Part shown: positions 18,388 to 27,947 of the stretch, in pieces
How positions within the stretch are numbered: the first letter of the stretch is position 1
Layout of the letters: every line of letters starts with the position of its first letter
Source: Actinomycetota bacterium
GTDB lineage: Bacteria; Actinomycetota; Actinomycetes; S36-B12; UBA5976
Direction: 5' to 3'
Length of the DNA: 39,183 nucleotides
NCBI GenBank assembly: GCA_041158245.1
Contig: JBEBBT010000065.1
Location: 1-39,183, forward strand
Notes under the pieces: model-generated
Told to the model about the DNA's origin: nothing
The model's input: the letters and a program-made list of their open reading frames with translations, nothing else
Databases searched by the model: none
Translations under genes and position numbers: made by a program

Positions 18388-19210
18388 ATTCGATGTTGTC
18401 GATTAAACGCACATCACCAATCTTTGCAGCGATTAGCACCCGCGCCAACCCCGGACCTGGGTTTAACAATTCAGGGTTGAGTACAGTCAAATAATCCAAG
18501 TGAATTTCGGTGAAAGACTTCAACCAATCTTTTACTTCTTCAATACTTGACCAAACTTTCATGCCAGATTGAAGATTTCTTTTCACTCTATTCAAAGCCT
18601 CATATATATGCATTGAAATTTCACGGTGCTCTTTCGAAAGTCTTTGATTGCGGCTCGACATTGCCAATCCATCGGCTTCACGAACTGTGGGCACGCCAAC
18701 CACATTCACTGCAATTTCAAATTCACTTACCATTTGCTTAACTACGGCTAGTTGCTGAAAATCCTTCTCCCCAAAACAAGTAACTACTGGTCTGGTAATT
18801 TCTAGTAAACGATTCACAACGGTTGCAACACCTGCAAAATGTCCGGGGCGACTTTCACCTTCGAGGATTTCGGAAATTTTCCCTGGAACAATTTTCTTGA
18901 CAGGCACATTTGCCGGATAAATTTCAGTAACACTAGGCGCAAAAACTATGTCTACCGAATTTTCACTGCAAAGTTTTACATCACTTTCCAAATCTCGTGG
19001 GTATTTCTCTAAATCCTCTGGATCATTAAATTGAGTTGGATTTACAAACACAGTAACGACCAATAAACCATCTTTACCAATTAGTTCTCGGCACTTTTGC
19101 ATCAAAGCTGCATGTCCTTGATGTAAAGCTCCCATTGTGAATACTGCACCAACTTTTTTATGTGCGATTTCCAGCTGAAATTCTGCAACAGTATGAATCA
19201 CTTTTGTCAC
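18362..19210 (-). CDS. panC: pantoate--beta-alanine ligase
   Basis: 282 aa with the MGALHQGH (HIGH-like) motif and SSRN near the C-terminal domain. Confidence 0.93.
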   Translation of the reverse strand: MTKVIHTVAEFQLEIAHKKVGAVFTMGALHQGHAALMQKCRELIGKDGLLVVTVFVNPTQFNDPEDLEKYPRDLESDVKLCSENSVDIVFAPSVTEIYPANVPVKKIVPGKISEILEGESRPGHFAGVATVVNRLLEITRPVVTCFGEKDFQQLAVVKQMVSEFEIAVNVVGVPTVREADGLAMSSRNQRLSKEHREISMHIYEALNRVKRNLQSGMKVWSSIEEVKDWLKSFTEIHLDYLTVLNPELLNPGPGLARVLIAAKIGDVRLIDNIECELGAINV

Positions 19211-20118
19211 TTGAGAACCGCCAAAACTTCTTCAGCGACTGAAGGGCTTAACTTGCCCGATTTACGAAGACTCGAAACTGTTGCAACTGCTATGGACCTG
19301 TAAGTCTCTAGGAATTCACTTTCTTTTAAAGCAAGAATGTGTGAGCGAACAGTTTCAACATCACCCCGAACTATCGGTCCCGTCAGTGAATCAATCCCTA
19401 TGGTTAGTGAATTTTCAATAGCAGCATTGACAAGCGGGCTTAAGAAAAGTCCCGGATTTTCTATGCCAATCTTCTGCAGGATTTCTTTCGACTGATTCAC
19501 CACAACACTTGAATGATTTGCAGCATGACTTAGGGCTGCGTGATAGATAGACCTATCTTCTTCTGCAACAACGTATTCACGCCCACCCATATTTAAAACT
19601 AAGGCTGCAGCAATTGGAAGCAGTTCATCATTTGTCGTAATTGCAAACGGGCATCCAATAATTCGATCGACATCGTTAGGTGCACCTGTAAAAGTCATAG
19701 CTGGATGAATTGCCATTGGTATCGCACCTTGGGCAGTTGCTGCCGCTAAAACATCTATTCCAAATCGACCTGATGTGTGGATTACAAATTGATGTTTTTT
19801 AAAACCAATTGTTTGAGCAATGCCCCGGACTAAATCTGGAAGTACATCATCAGGAACTGCAAAAAGGACTGTTTGAACATTCGCGATTAGGTTTTCAATA
19901 CTTTGTAAATCGGTTGCGGGTAAAAATTCCAAAACCCGTTGCTTAGATTTTTCCGAAACCGCATGTGCCGCCACGATTGAGTGGCCATGGTTTTGAAGAG
20001 CTCGAGATAAGGCAATTCCGACTCGACCAGCCCCGATTAGGCCGATTTTTAAGACCGGTGGTGCATCTGCTGCCATATCCGCCACATTCTGTTCCAAGCC
20101 CATTTGGGTCTCGTTCAA
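19207..20118 (-). CDS. Rossmann-fold NAD(P) oxidoreductase with DUF2520-like C-terminus (Rv3603c-like; possible PanG-type ketopantoate reductase)
   Basis: 303 aa with N-terminal IGLIGAGRVG. It has a 4-nt overlap with panC, the same position as Rv3603c in mycobacteria. Confidence 0.6.
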   Translation of the reverse strand: MNETQMGLEQNVADMAADAPPVLKIGLIGAGRVGIALSRALQNHGHSIVAAHAVSEKSKQRVLEFLPATDLQSIENLIANVQTVLFAVPDDVLPDLVRGIAQTIGFKKHQFVIHTSGRFGIDVLAAATAQGAIPMAIHPAMTFTGAPNDVDRIIGCPFAITTNDELLPIAAALVLNMGGREYVVAEEDRSIYHAALSHAANHSSVVVNQSKEILQKIGIENPGLFLSPLVNAAIENSLTIGIDSLTGPIVRGDVETVRSHILALKESEFLETYRSIAVATVSSLRKSGKLSPSVAEEVLAVLK

Positions 20119-20135
20119 TGGCGCAAGGCTATGCG

Positions 20136-20390
20136 TTACGCAGAAGTATTGTCACAACTAACTGTCGATCCACAGCGAGGGCAGATGTGGCTTTCAACCA
20201 CTCGAGCCCGGCGAGATGTGCTGGACATCAAGGCTTCAACGTCTGAGGCTCGGTAACGGCGATGGCCACTTGGCAGAGTTACAGGGGTCAACCGGCCAGT
20301 CTTTGCCCAGCGGGTTACGGTCTTTGGGTCCACCTTAAAAAGCATGGCAACCTCTCTTGGGCGAAGCATGCGTTCGTTTTCTTGGTTCAT
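20136..20390 (-). CDS. bldC: BldC-family MerR-like small DNA-binding protein with a Cys-containing C-terminal extension
   Basis: 84 aa from the ATG at 20390, with GGAGG upstream. The core LRPREVAMLFKVDPKTVTRWAKTGRLTPVTLPSGHRRYRASDVEAL closely follows the Streptomyces BldC pattern. There is an extra tail, HICPRCGSTVSC. Confidence 0.8.
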   Translation of the reverse strand: MNQENERMLRPREVAMLFKVDPKTVTRWAKTGRLTPVTLPSGHRRYRASDVEALMSSTSRRARVVESHICPRCGSTVSCDNTSA

Positions 20391-20410
20391 TGCGACCTCC
20401 TTGATGAGCC

Positions 20411-20440
20411 CACATTGCCACACAATTACTCACAATTCAC
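20411..20440 (-). promoter_or_regulatory. three head-to-tail 10-bp direct repeats upstream of the bldC-like gene (candidate autoregulatory site)
   Basis: The plus strand reads CACATTGCCA / CACAATTACT / CACAATTCAC with an exact 10-bp period. The repeats lie 21-50 nt upstream of the start codon. Confidence 0.4.
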
Positions 20441-20593
20441 TGCGAAAACGGTTTAGATTTGGTGCAGATTGATGCTTTTAGCCCGATTTTGAGCAAATCT
20501 GAACTCACCCTGCCAAAAAGCAGGTCCATTGGTTAAAGTTCGCCACTGTTGCTCGCAAAGTTCGGGCATTTACCTCATGCAAGGGGCTGAACC

Positions 20594-20800
20594 ATGGGTC
20601 GTGGCCGACAAAAAGCGAAACAAGCCAAAGTTGCACGTGAGCTCAAATACGACAGCGGTTCAATTGATTTGAATGCACTTGCAGCCGAACTTCACGGAAG
20701 CCAAAACCATTCCACAAATTCCGATGATCTACCAGAGGGTGATTACTCGAAGTGGATTGATGAAGAAGAAGAAGACGAAGAAGAAACCGACGAAAATTAA
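20594..20800 (+). CDS. DUF3073 family protein (conserved actinobacterial small acidic-tailed protein)
   Basis: 68 aa. It has N-terminal MGRGRQKAKQAKVARELKY and an acidic C-terminus (EEEEDEEETDEN), as in Rv0810c-type proteins next to purM. Confidence 0.85.
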   Translation: MGRGRQKAKQAKVARELKYDSGSIDLNALAAELHGSQNHSTNSDDLPEGDYSKWIDEEEEDEEETDEN

Positions 20801-21879
20801 TTCGTCAAGAAAACCGCTCCACCTTTTCCACCTTTAGCGGCGGCGTCGCCTTTTTCGTTCTCATTGCGAATTCTCACGTTTCCACAAACAAATGCATCAA
20901 TGCCTTGGTTTCTTAAATTACCGAGAGCTTTATCTGTGACATCTTTTGCAACCACCGCAAACATCCCGATACCTTGATTGAAAGTTTGTTCCATATCTGC
21001 CTGCGAAACTTTCCCGACTGCTGCAATTAAGTTGAAGACGGCTGGAACCTGCCAAGTGGATCGGTCAAGATCTGCCGCTAAATTTTCAGGCAATACGCGC
21101 GCAAGATTTGCAGCCAAACCGCCACCAGTTACATGTGAGAAAGTGTGTAGCGATTCATTCAGCTCACTTGCCAGTGCTAAACAAGCCTTAGTGTAAATGC
21201 GAGTTGGCTCCAACATTTCTTCACCAAGTGTTCTACCCAGCTCATCAATGTGCGTTTCGAGCTTGAAACCTTTATCACCAAGTAAAACGTGACGCGCAAG
21301 TGAAAAACCATTGCTGTGTAATCCTGATGAAGTCATAGCGATAACTACGTCGCCATTTCTTACGCGATCAGCTCCAAGTAGGTTTTCAGCTTCAACCACA
21401 CCAGTTCCTGCGCCCGCGATGTCATACTCACCCGCGGCCATCACACCAGGATGTTCAGCAGTTTCGCCACCTAGCAACGCCATTCCAGCTTGCTTGCAAC
21501 CCTGAGCAACACCTCGAACTATGTCAGCAACCACCGAAGGTTCAACTTTTCCAGTTGCAATGTAATCAGTTAAGAAAAGTGGTTCGGCTCCACACACAAC
21601 AATGTCATCAGCAATCATTGCTACTAAATCAATTCCAACAGTGTGATGAATTCCAAGTTTTTGCGCGATTACAACTTTGGTGCCCACTCCATCGGTGCCG
21701 GTAGCAAGAATTGGTTTTTTGTACTTTGTGAGTGCGCTTGCATCAAACAACCCTGCAAATCCGCCGAGATCACCAATTACTTCTGGTCTGGTTGCGGACA
21801 AGACGCTGGCCTTCATCAAGGCAACTGCGCGCTCGCCTGCTTCAACATCTACACCGGCTTTTGCATATGAGTTGCTCAT
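20797..21879 (-). CDS. purM: phosphoribosylformylglycinamidine cyclo-ligase (AIR synthetase)
   Basis: 360 aa. It has the AIRS N and C domains (YAKAGVDVEAG, GTDGVGTK, SSGLHSNGFSL). Confidence 0.95.
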   Translation of the reverse strand: MSNSYAKAGVDVEAGERAVALMKASVLSATRPEVIGDLGGFAGLFDASALTKYKKPILATGTDGVGTKVVIAQKLGIHHTVGIDLVAMIADDIVVCGAEPLFLTDYIATGKVEPSVVADIVRGVAQGCKQAGMALLGGETAEHPGVMAAGEYDIAGAGTGVVEAENLLGADRVRNGDVVIAMTSSGLHSNGFSLARHVLLGDKGFKLETHIDELGRTLGEEMLEPTRIYTKACLALASELNESLHTFSHVTGGGLAANLARVLPENLAADLDRSTWQVPAVFNLIAAVGKVSQADMEQTFNQGIGMFAVVAKDVTDKALGNLRNQGIDAFVCGNVRIRNENEKGDAAAKGGKGGAVFLTN

Positions 21880-23393
21880 GGCAACCTCAGAGCACGGGCG
21901 ACACCGTCTTCACCCTCAACACCTTTGGCGATGTTTTCTAAAATGTTCTTGCCAAAGACTCCGTCGTCTGGCAATGCCACTGGATATTTGCCATCGAAAC
22001 ACGCTTTGCATAAACGATCTTCAGCAACTTTCGTTGCATCCACCAAACCTTCAAGTGAAACGAATCCGAGCGAATCAGCGCCAATTGAATTTTTTATCTC
22101 TTCAATAGTTAAACCATTTGCAATTAATTCTGCCCGAGTTGCAAAGTCAATTCCATAAAAGCATGGCCACATAACTGGTGGACTTGAGATTCGCACATGC
22201 ACTTCAAGCGCGCCCGCTTCTCGAAGCATTCGAACAATCGCACGCTGGGTATTTCCACGCACAATTGAGTCGTCTACAACAATAATTCTCTTGCCAGCAA
22301 TTTCTTCACGAAGTGGATTTAGTTTTAGGCGAATACCAAGTTGACGCAAAGTTTGTGATGGTTGAATAAAAGTTCGACCAACATACGCGTTTTTCACCAA
22401 GCCCTGCGCAAACGGAATATTTGCGCCTTGCGCATATCCAACTGCAGCTGGGGTGCCAGATTCAGGAACCGGAATCACCATGTCCGCATCAATTGGATGC
22501 TCTTTTGCCAAAGTGCGGCCAACTTCAACTCGAACTGCATGGACTGCGTGACCTGTCAAAACCGTATCTGGTCTAGCAAGATAAACGTATTCGAATAAAC
22601 AATGCTTTGGAGTCGGAGCAGCGAAAGTTTGGCTACGAATTCCAGACTCATCAATTGCAATCAATTCACCTGGTTCAACATCACGTACAAAAGATGCACC
22701 AACAATGTCTAGGGCCGCGGTTTCAGATGCAACTACCCAACCGTTTTCAAGTTTTCCAATAACTAATGGGCGAATCCCGTGGGCATCACGAGCTGCATAA
22801 AGAGTGGTTGCATCCATGAATACCAAAGAGAATGCACCTCGAACATTTGGAAGCTCTTTCATTGCAGATTCTTCAATAGAAAGATCTGGATGTGATGCAA
22901 GCAGTTCAGTTAATACTTCGGTGTCTGAAGTAGATGTCCGGTGAATATTTGTTAAAGGTAATTCACCTTTGTCTAGTTTTGAAACCCGGTCAATAAGTTC
23001 TTTTGTATTCACCAAGTTGCCGTTGTGGCCGAGTGCTAAGTGACCTTGAGAGGTAGTGCGAAAAGTTGGTTGGGCATTTTCCCATTTGCTAGAGCCAGTA
23101 GTTGAATAACGAGTATGACCGATCGCAAGATGTCCAGTTAGCGTTTCAAGAATGTTTTCATTGAAAACTTGTGAGACCAAACCCATCTCTTTATAAACAA
23201 CAATTCGGCTGCCATCGCTAGCTGCAATACCTGCAGATTCTTGTCCACGATGTTGAAGTGCATACAAACCAAAAAATGTAAGTTTCGCTACGGCTTCACC
23301 TGGAGCCCAAACTCCAAAAACTCCACAAGCATCTTGCGGACCTTTATCGTTTGGATCTAAATCATGATTTAAAAGGCCGTCTGGACGAATCAC
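21876..23393 (-). CDS. purF: amidophosphoribosyltransferase
   Basis: 505 aa. It has a propeptide followed by the nucleophile Cys (CGVFGVW), the PRPP motif IIVVDDSIVRGNT, and C-terminal Cys ligands. Confidence 0.95.
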   Translation of the reverse strand: MIRPDGLLNHDLDPNDKGPQDACGVFGVWAPGEAVAKLTFFGLYALQHRGQESAGIAASDGSRIVVYKEMGLVSQVFNENILETLTGHLAIGHTRYSTTGSSKWENAQPTFRTTSQGHLALGHNGNLVNTKELIDRVSKLDKGELPLTNIHRTSTSDTEVLTELLASHPDLSIEESAMKELPNVRGAFSLVFMDATTLYAARDAHGIRPLVIGKLENGWVVASETAALDIVGASFVRDVEPGELIAIDESGIRSQTFAAPTPKHCLFEYVYLARPDTVLTGHAVHAVRVEVGRTLAKEHPIDADMVIPVPESGTPAAVGYAQGANIPFAQGLVKNAYVGRTFIQPSQTLRQLGIRLKLNPLREEIAGKRIIVVDDSIVRGNTQRAIVRMLREAGALEVHVRISSPPVMWPCFYGIDFATRAELIANGLTIEEIKNSIGADSLGFVSLEGLVDATKVAEDRLCKACFDGKYPVALPDDGVFGKNILENIAKGVEGEDGVARALRLP

Positions 23394-23402
23394 TGGCTAA
23401 TC

Positions 23403-23738
23403 CTAAACTGGAAAATGGGTTGATAAGTTGCTGCGCTCGCCGCTTGCACTGACCAATCCATCTTCGGTTGCTTGTTCCCATGAAATCTTGCCAATTGCCA
23501 GCAAAATTAAAGTCTTTGCATTCATTTCCACCACCGCAGCTGGAGTTCCACGCCGATGGTTTGTGCCTTCAATGATCTGAATTGCGGCATATGGAGGGAT
23601 TCGAAGTTCCACACTTTTACCAGGAGCTTTTTGCTTAATGGTGTTCAAAACCGACTTAACCGCAGCTCGTTCAGTCTCTTTATCTGGTTGCACTTCGGCG
23701 GCGTATGCACTTGCACATTCGGCCACTGAAGTTTCCAC
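23403..23738 (-). CDS. sterol carrier (SCP2-like) family protein, unknown role (Rv0807-like)
   Basis: 111 aa with a GTG start 1 nt after the purL stop. The pattern PPYAAIQ..G..H.RGTP..VVE...T...LA.G...W......G.V.ASG.RS.LS..FPV is typical of the actinobacterial family found between purL and purF. Confidence 0.7.
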   Translation of the reverse strand: METSVAECASAYAAEVQPDKETERAAVKSVLNTIKQKAPGKSVELRIPPYAAIQIIEGTNHRRGTPAAVVEMNAKTLILLAIGKISWEQATEDGLVSASGERSNLSTHFPV

Positions 23739-23739
23739 C

Positions 23740-26028
23740 TTAACCTACTGTCGGTCCGAATATTGCTGGCAAAGTTTCGAAATGCTTTTTGCTTAACTCA
23801 GACAAGGTTAGAACCAAAGTTTCATGCCAGACATTGTCAATGCTCAGTACTTGTTCATCTGCCAATTTCGAATCAACCACACCAATTCGAGTATTGGTAA
23901 AGCCTCGAGCATTACACATTTCAATGAACCTGGTTTCTTCACTTCGTGGCACAACCACAACAGCGCGTGTAGCTGATTCGGAATACGCAAATACAAATGG
24001 ATCTAAATTATCTGGCACCCAAAGTCTTGCGCCGATTCCAGAACGAATCGCCATCTCAATGAGGGTTTGCATGACGCCACCCTCGCTTACGTCGTGAGCA
24101 GCGTTAATTAATCCATCGCGTGAAGCTGCCACCAAGATTTGAGAAAGTTGCATTTCTTTTTGCAAATCAATTTTTGGTGGTAGACCGCCCAAGTGGCCGT
24201 GAATCTCATGCGCCCATTCACTTCCCGCAAGGTCATCATCAGTGTCACCAAGAAGATAAATCAAATCTCCATCTTCACGCCAAGCCATTGCAGTACGGCG
24301 TTCAACATCATCAATTACACCAAGTACGCCAACTACTGGGGTTGGCAAGATTGCTACATCACCTGTTTGGTTATAGAAAGAAACGTTGCCACCAGTTACA
24401 GGTGTGTTCATTTCTAGGCAGCCATCGGCAAGGCCGCGTACAGCCTCAGAAAATTGCCACATAACTTCTGGATCTTCAGGCGATCCAAAGTTCAAACAGT
24501 TTGTAACTGCCAAAGGAACTGCACCTGATACTGAAACATTTCGATATGCCTCAGCTAAAGCCAACTTCGCACCGTTATACGGATCTAGTTTTGCAAAGCG
24601 GCCGTTGCAATCGGTTGAAACTGCCACACCACGGCCAGTGGTTTCATCCACGCGCACCATTCCAGAATCTTCTGGTTGTGAAAGAACTGTGTTTCCCAAA
24701 ACATAACGGTCGTATTGGTCAGTCACCCAACGCTTTGATGCCAAGTTAGGTGCAGCTGTCATCTTCAAAATGGTTTCGCGAAGTTCGCTAACGGTTTTTG
24801 GTCGAGCCAATTTAGAAGGCGAATCCGCTTGCAATGCATCTTGCCAAACTGGTCGGTGGTACGGGCGTTCATAAACAGGTCCATCATGCGCAACAGTGCG
24901 TGGTGGCACATCCACAATTATTTCGCCATGCCATTCAATGACCAAACGACCGGTGTCGGTTACTTCACCAATGTCGGTTGCGACTACATCCCACTTTTGG
25001 CAAATTTCCATAAACTTTTCAACGTTTTGTGGTGGCACAATCGCACACATACGTTCTTGCGATTCACTCATCAAGATTTCTTCAGGCGAAAGTGTGTGGT
25101 CACGAAGCGGAACGCGATCTAGCCAAACGTGCATTCCGCCAGTTCCATTGCTTGCAAGTTCTGATGTTGCACAAGAAATTCCAGCGCCACCAAGATCTTG
25201 AATACCTTCGACTAATCCAGCGTGCAAAACTTCAAGTGTGCATTCAATAAGTAGCTTCTCCATAAATGGATCGCCTACTTGAACACTAGGTCGTTTTGCC
25301 GGGCCACCATCTTCGAAGGTTTCAGATGCGAGAACTGAAACGCCACCAATTCCATCGCCGCCAGTTGCTGCGCCGAAAAGAATTACGCGGTTGCCAAGTC
25401 CTGAAGCTTTTGCAAGATGAATATCTTCGTGGCGCATTGTGCCAACGCAAAGGGCATTCACCAGTGGATTGCCAAGGTAAGTTGGATCGAATACAACTTC
25501 GCCGCCAATGTTGGGAAGGCCAAGGCAGTTTCCGTATCCGCCAACACCAGCAATAATTCCTGGCAAAACTCGGGCAGTGTCTTTTGCGTCCGCTGGACCA
25601 AAACGAAGTGGGTCCATTACGGCAACAGGTCGAGCGCCCATTGAAAGAATGTCGCGCACGATGCCACCAACACCAGTTGCTGCACCTTGATACGGTTCAA
25701 CAAATGAGGGGTGATTGTGACTTTCTACTTTGAAAGTGACAGCCCAGCCATCACCGATATCTACAACACCAGCATTTTCACCGATGCCTACCAGCATGGC
25801 ATCTGATTTCGGCTTCTTTTCACCGAATTGTTTTAGGTGAACTTTTGAAGACTTGTATGAGCAATGTTCACTCCACATGACGGAATACATTGCAAGCTCA
25901 GAGTTAGTTGGACGTCGACCCAAAATTTCACGAATACGTGCGTATTCATCATCTTTCACGCCAAGATCAAGGTAAGGCTGTTTTACTTCTGGAGTTTCGC
26001 TCGCATTTTTTACGGTGTCCATGCTCAT
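23740..26028 (-). CDS. purL: phosphoribosylformylglycinamidine synthase subunit PurL
   Basis: 762 aa with duplicated AIRS-like domains. Motifs include SEHCSYKSS and VESHNHPS. Confidence 0.96.
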   Translation of the reverse strand: MSMDTVKNASETPEVKQPYLDLGVKDDEYARIREILGRRPTNSELAMYSVMWSEHCSYKSSKVHLKQFGEKKPKSDAMLVGIGENAGVVDIGDGWAVTFKVESHNHPSFVEPYQGAATGVGGIVRDILSMGARPVAVMDPLRFGPADAKDTARVLPGIIAGVGGYGNCLGLPNIGGEVVFDPTYLGNPLVNALCVGTMRHEDIHLAKASGLGNRVILFGAATGGDGIGGVSVLASETFEDGGPAKRPSVQVGDPFMEKLLIECTLEVLHAGLVEGIQDLGGAGISCATSELASNGTGGMHVWLDRVPLRDHTLSPEEILMSESQERMCAIVPPQNVEKFMEICQKWDVVATDIGEVTDTGRLVIEWHGEIIVDVPPRTVAHDGPVYERPYHRPVWQDALQADSPSKLARPKTVSELRETILKMTAAPNLASKRWVTDQYDRYVLGNTVLSQPEDSGMVRVDETTGRGVAVSTDCNGRFAKLDPYNGAKLALAEAYRNVSVSGAVPLAVTNCLNFGSPEDPEVMWQFSEAVRGLADGCLEMNTPVTGGNVSFYNQTGDVAILPTPVVGVLGVIDDVERRTAMAWREDGDLIYLLGDTDDDLAGSEWAHEIHGHLGGLPPKIDLQKEMQLSQILVAASRDGLINAAHDVSEGGVMQTLIEMAIRSGIGARLWVPDNLDPFVFAYSESATRAVVVVPRSEETRFIEMCNARGFTNTRIGVVDSKLADEQVLSIDNVWHETLVLTLSELSKKHFETLPAIFGPTVG

Positions 26029-26723
26029 TACTTAACACCTGCTAACAAAGATGAAAGTACCGAAGTGAAAAATGGCAAACCATCAGTTGTTGGGCCAGTG
26101 AGTGCATCAACCGCATGTTCTGGGTGCGGCATCAATCCAACAACATTTCCGCGTTCGTTTGAAATTCCAGCAATGTCGCGTCGTGAACCATTTGGATTTA
26201 CATCTAAGTAGCGTGCAATTACTCGACCTTCAGCTTCTAGTGCATCTAAAGTTTTTTCATCGGCGATATATCCGCCTTCACCATTTTTCAATGGCACCAC
26301 AATTTCTTGACCGACTGAAAAATCCTTGGTCCACATTGAAGTGTTGTTTTCGATACGAAGTTTTTGGTCGCGACAAACAAAGTGCTGATGATCGTTACGA
26401 ATCAGTGCGCCTGGAAGCAAATGCGATTCACAAAGAATTTGAAAACCATTACAAATTCCAAACACCGGTAAACCACCGTTTGCCGCCACCACAAGTTTTT
26501 CCATAACTGGTGCAAATCTTGCAATCGCACCACAACGCAAGTAATCGCCGTAAGAAAAACCACCTGGCAAAATCACCGCGTCTACATCATGAAGGTTTGC
26601 ATCGCCATGCCAAAGTTCAACCGAAGTTCCACCAGCAATTTGAACCGCGCGTGCGGCATCTCTATCGTCGAGTGAACCTGGGAAAGTCACTACACCAATT
26701 CGGGCGCCGGAAATTTCGCTCAC
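26028..26723 (-). CDS. purQ: phosphoribosylformylglycinamidine synthase subunit PurQ (glutaminase)
   Basis: 231 aa. It has the class I amidotransferase features GFSYGDY, the nucleophile motif ICNGFQ, and MPHPE. Confidence 0.95.
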   Translation of the reverse strand: MSEISGARIGVVTFPGSLDDRDAARAVQIAGGTSVELWHGDANLHDVDAVILPGGFSYGDYLRCGAIARFAPVMEKLVVAANGGLPVFGICNGFQILCESHLLPGALIRNDHQHFVCRDQKLRIENNTSMWTKDFSVGQEIVVPLKNGEGGYIADEKTLDALEAEGRVIARYLDVNPNGSRRDIAGISNERGNVVGLMPHPEHAVDALTGPTTDGLPFFTSVLSSLLAGVK

Positions 26724-26968
26724 GCGTTTTCAACCCGCAATTCGTAATCCTCAATTACTGGATTGCTCAGCAAGTTGCCAGCAAGTTCGTGAAGCTTCTT
26801 TAATGTTTCATCATTCAATTCGCCATCAATATCAATTACGAATTGTTTTCCTTGGCGAACATTTGAAACTTTGCCAAGACCAAGACGAACAAGTGATCCT
26901 TGGACTGCGCGACCTTGTGGGTCGAGAATTTCAGACTTCAATCGAACATCGACCACGACACGGGCCAC
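26720..26968 (-). CDS. purS: phosphoribosylformylglycinamidine synthase subunit PurS
   Basis: 82 aa with a GTG start and a GAGGAG SD. The ILDPQG motif is present. It has a 4-nt overlap with purQ. Confidence 0.9.
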   Translation of the reverse strand: MARVVVDVRLKSEILDPQGRAVQGSLVRLGLGKVSNVRQGKQFVIDIDGELNDETLKKLHELAGNLLSNPVIEDYELRVENA

Positions 26969-27057
26969 GCGGCGCTCCTCTGATAAGGGGTTTTGCGGAT
27001 TTGAGCTCTGAAATTTCAGTGGCTACGGGCAAAGTTTAGTCGCGCGCGGCATTCTCT

Positions 27058-27942
27058 CTAAGACCAGTCAAGGCCTGTCAAACGCTCGTATGCCTCGACA
27101 TATTTGTCGTGAGTGCCAGCCACAACCTCAGCAGGCAATGCCGGTGGCGGAGTGCTTCCCTTGCGGTCCCAACCAGAGGCAGGCGAGGTCAACCAGTCGC
27201 GCAAGAACTGCTTGTCAAAGGATGGTTGGCTGCCACCTGGCTGCCACAGCTCGGCTGGCCAATAGCGAGATGAGTCAGGGGTCAAGACTTCGTCAGCCAG
27301 CAGGATCTGGCCATCTGCTGCTCGACCAAATTCAAATTTTGTGTCCGCCAAAATTACATTACGGCTGCGTGCAATTACTTCAGCTCTTTCATAAATTTCA
27401 AGGGTTAAATCTCTAAGTGCAATTGCATCTGCTTCACCGATGGTTTTCACAACGTGCGCAAAGTCCACGTTTTCATCGTGTTCACCAAGTTCTGCTTTTG
27501 TAGCTGGTGTGAAAATCGAATTAGGTAAACGAGATCCGTCAACCAAGCCATCTGGAAGTTGATTGCCGCAAACCATTTTGTTTTCGTTGTATTCAACTAA
27601 TCCAGAACCAGTTAAATATCCGCGTGCAACACATTCAACCGGGAACATGTCGAGGGACTTACAAATCATCGCTCGCCCTGCAACTGATTTTGGAACTTCA
27701 GTACTTATTACATGGTTTGGCACTATGTCTTTTAGTTTGTCGAACCACCACAATGAAAGTGCTGTCAGGATTTTTCCTTTGTCGGGAATTTCCGTTGGCA
27801 TCACCCAGTCGTATGCACTGATGCGATCACTTGCTACAAATAGCAATTGATTATCAGGAGTGCGATAAAGGTCTCGAACTTTGCCGGAATAAATGTGGGT
27901 GTATCCAGCTGGTAGTTCGTAGTTGGTTGGTCTGATTTCCAC
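27058..27942 (-). CDS. purC: phosphoribosylaminoimidazole-succinocarboxamide synthase
   Basis: 294 aa. SAICAR synthetase blocks are present (GKVRDLY, SDRISAYD, LADTKFEFG). Confidence 0.95.
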   Translation of the reverse strand: MEIRPTNYELPAGYTHIYSGKVRDLYRTPDNQLLFVASDRISAYDWVMPTEIPDKGKILTALSLWWFDKLKDIVPNHVISTEVPKSVAGRAMICKSLDMFPVECVARGYLTGSGLVEYNENKMVCGNQLPDGLVDGSRLPNSIFTPATKAELGEHDENVDFAHVVKTIGEADAIALRDLTLEIYERAEVIARSRNVILADTKFEFGRAADGQILLADEVLTPDSSRYWPAELWQPGGSQPSFDKQFLRDWLTSPASGWDRKGSTPPPALPAEVVAGTHDKYVEAYERLTGLDWS

Positions 27943-27947
27943 TGTGC

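Noticed and set aside
20404-20472. 22-codon plus-strand ORF (MSPHCHTITHNSLRKRFRFGAD) in the bldC-DUF3073 intergenic region, and a small hairpin CCTGC-N6-GCAGG near 20510-20525.
   Set aside because: The ORF has no SD and overlaps the direct-repeat element, which is better explained as a regulatory site. The hairpin has only a 5-bp stem and no U-tract.
26969-27057. Purine-related riboswitch (ZTP/pfl or purine type) in the pur leaders, including the region upstream of purA (33970-34040).
   Set aside because: The spacers are short (71-89 nt). By eye they lack the conserved pseudoknot and junction sequences of these classes. A covariance-model scan would be needed to exclude one formally.
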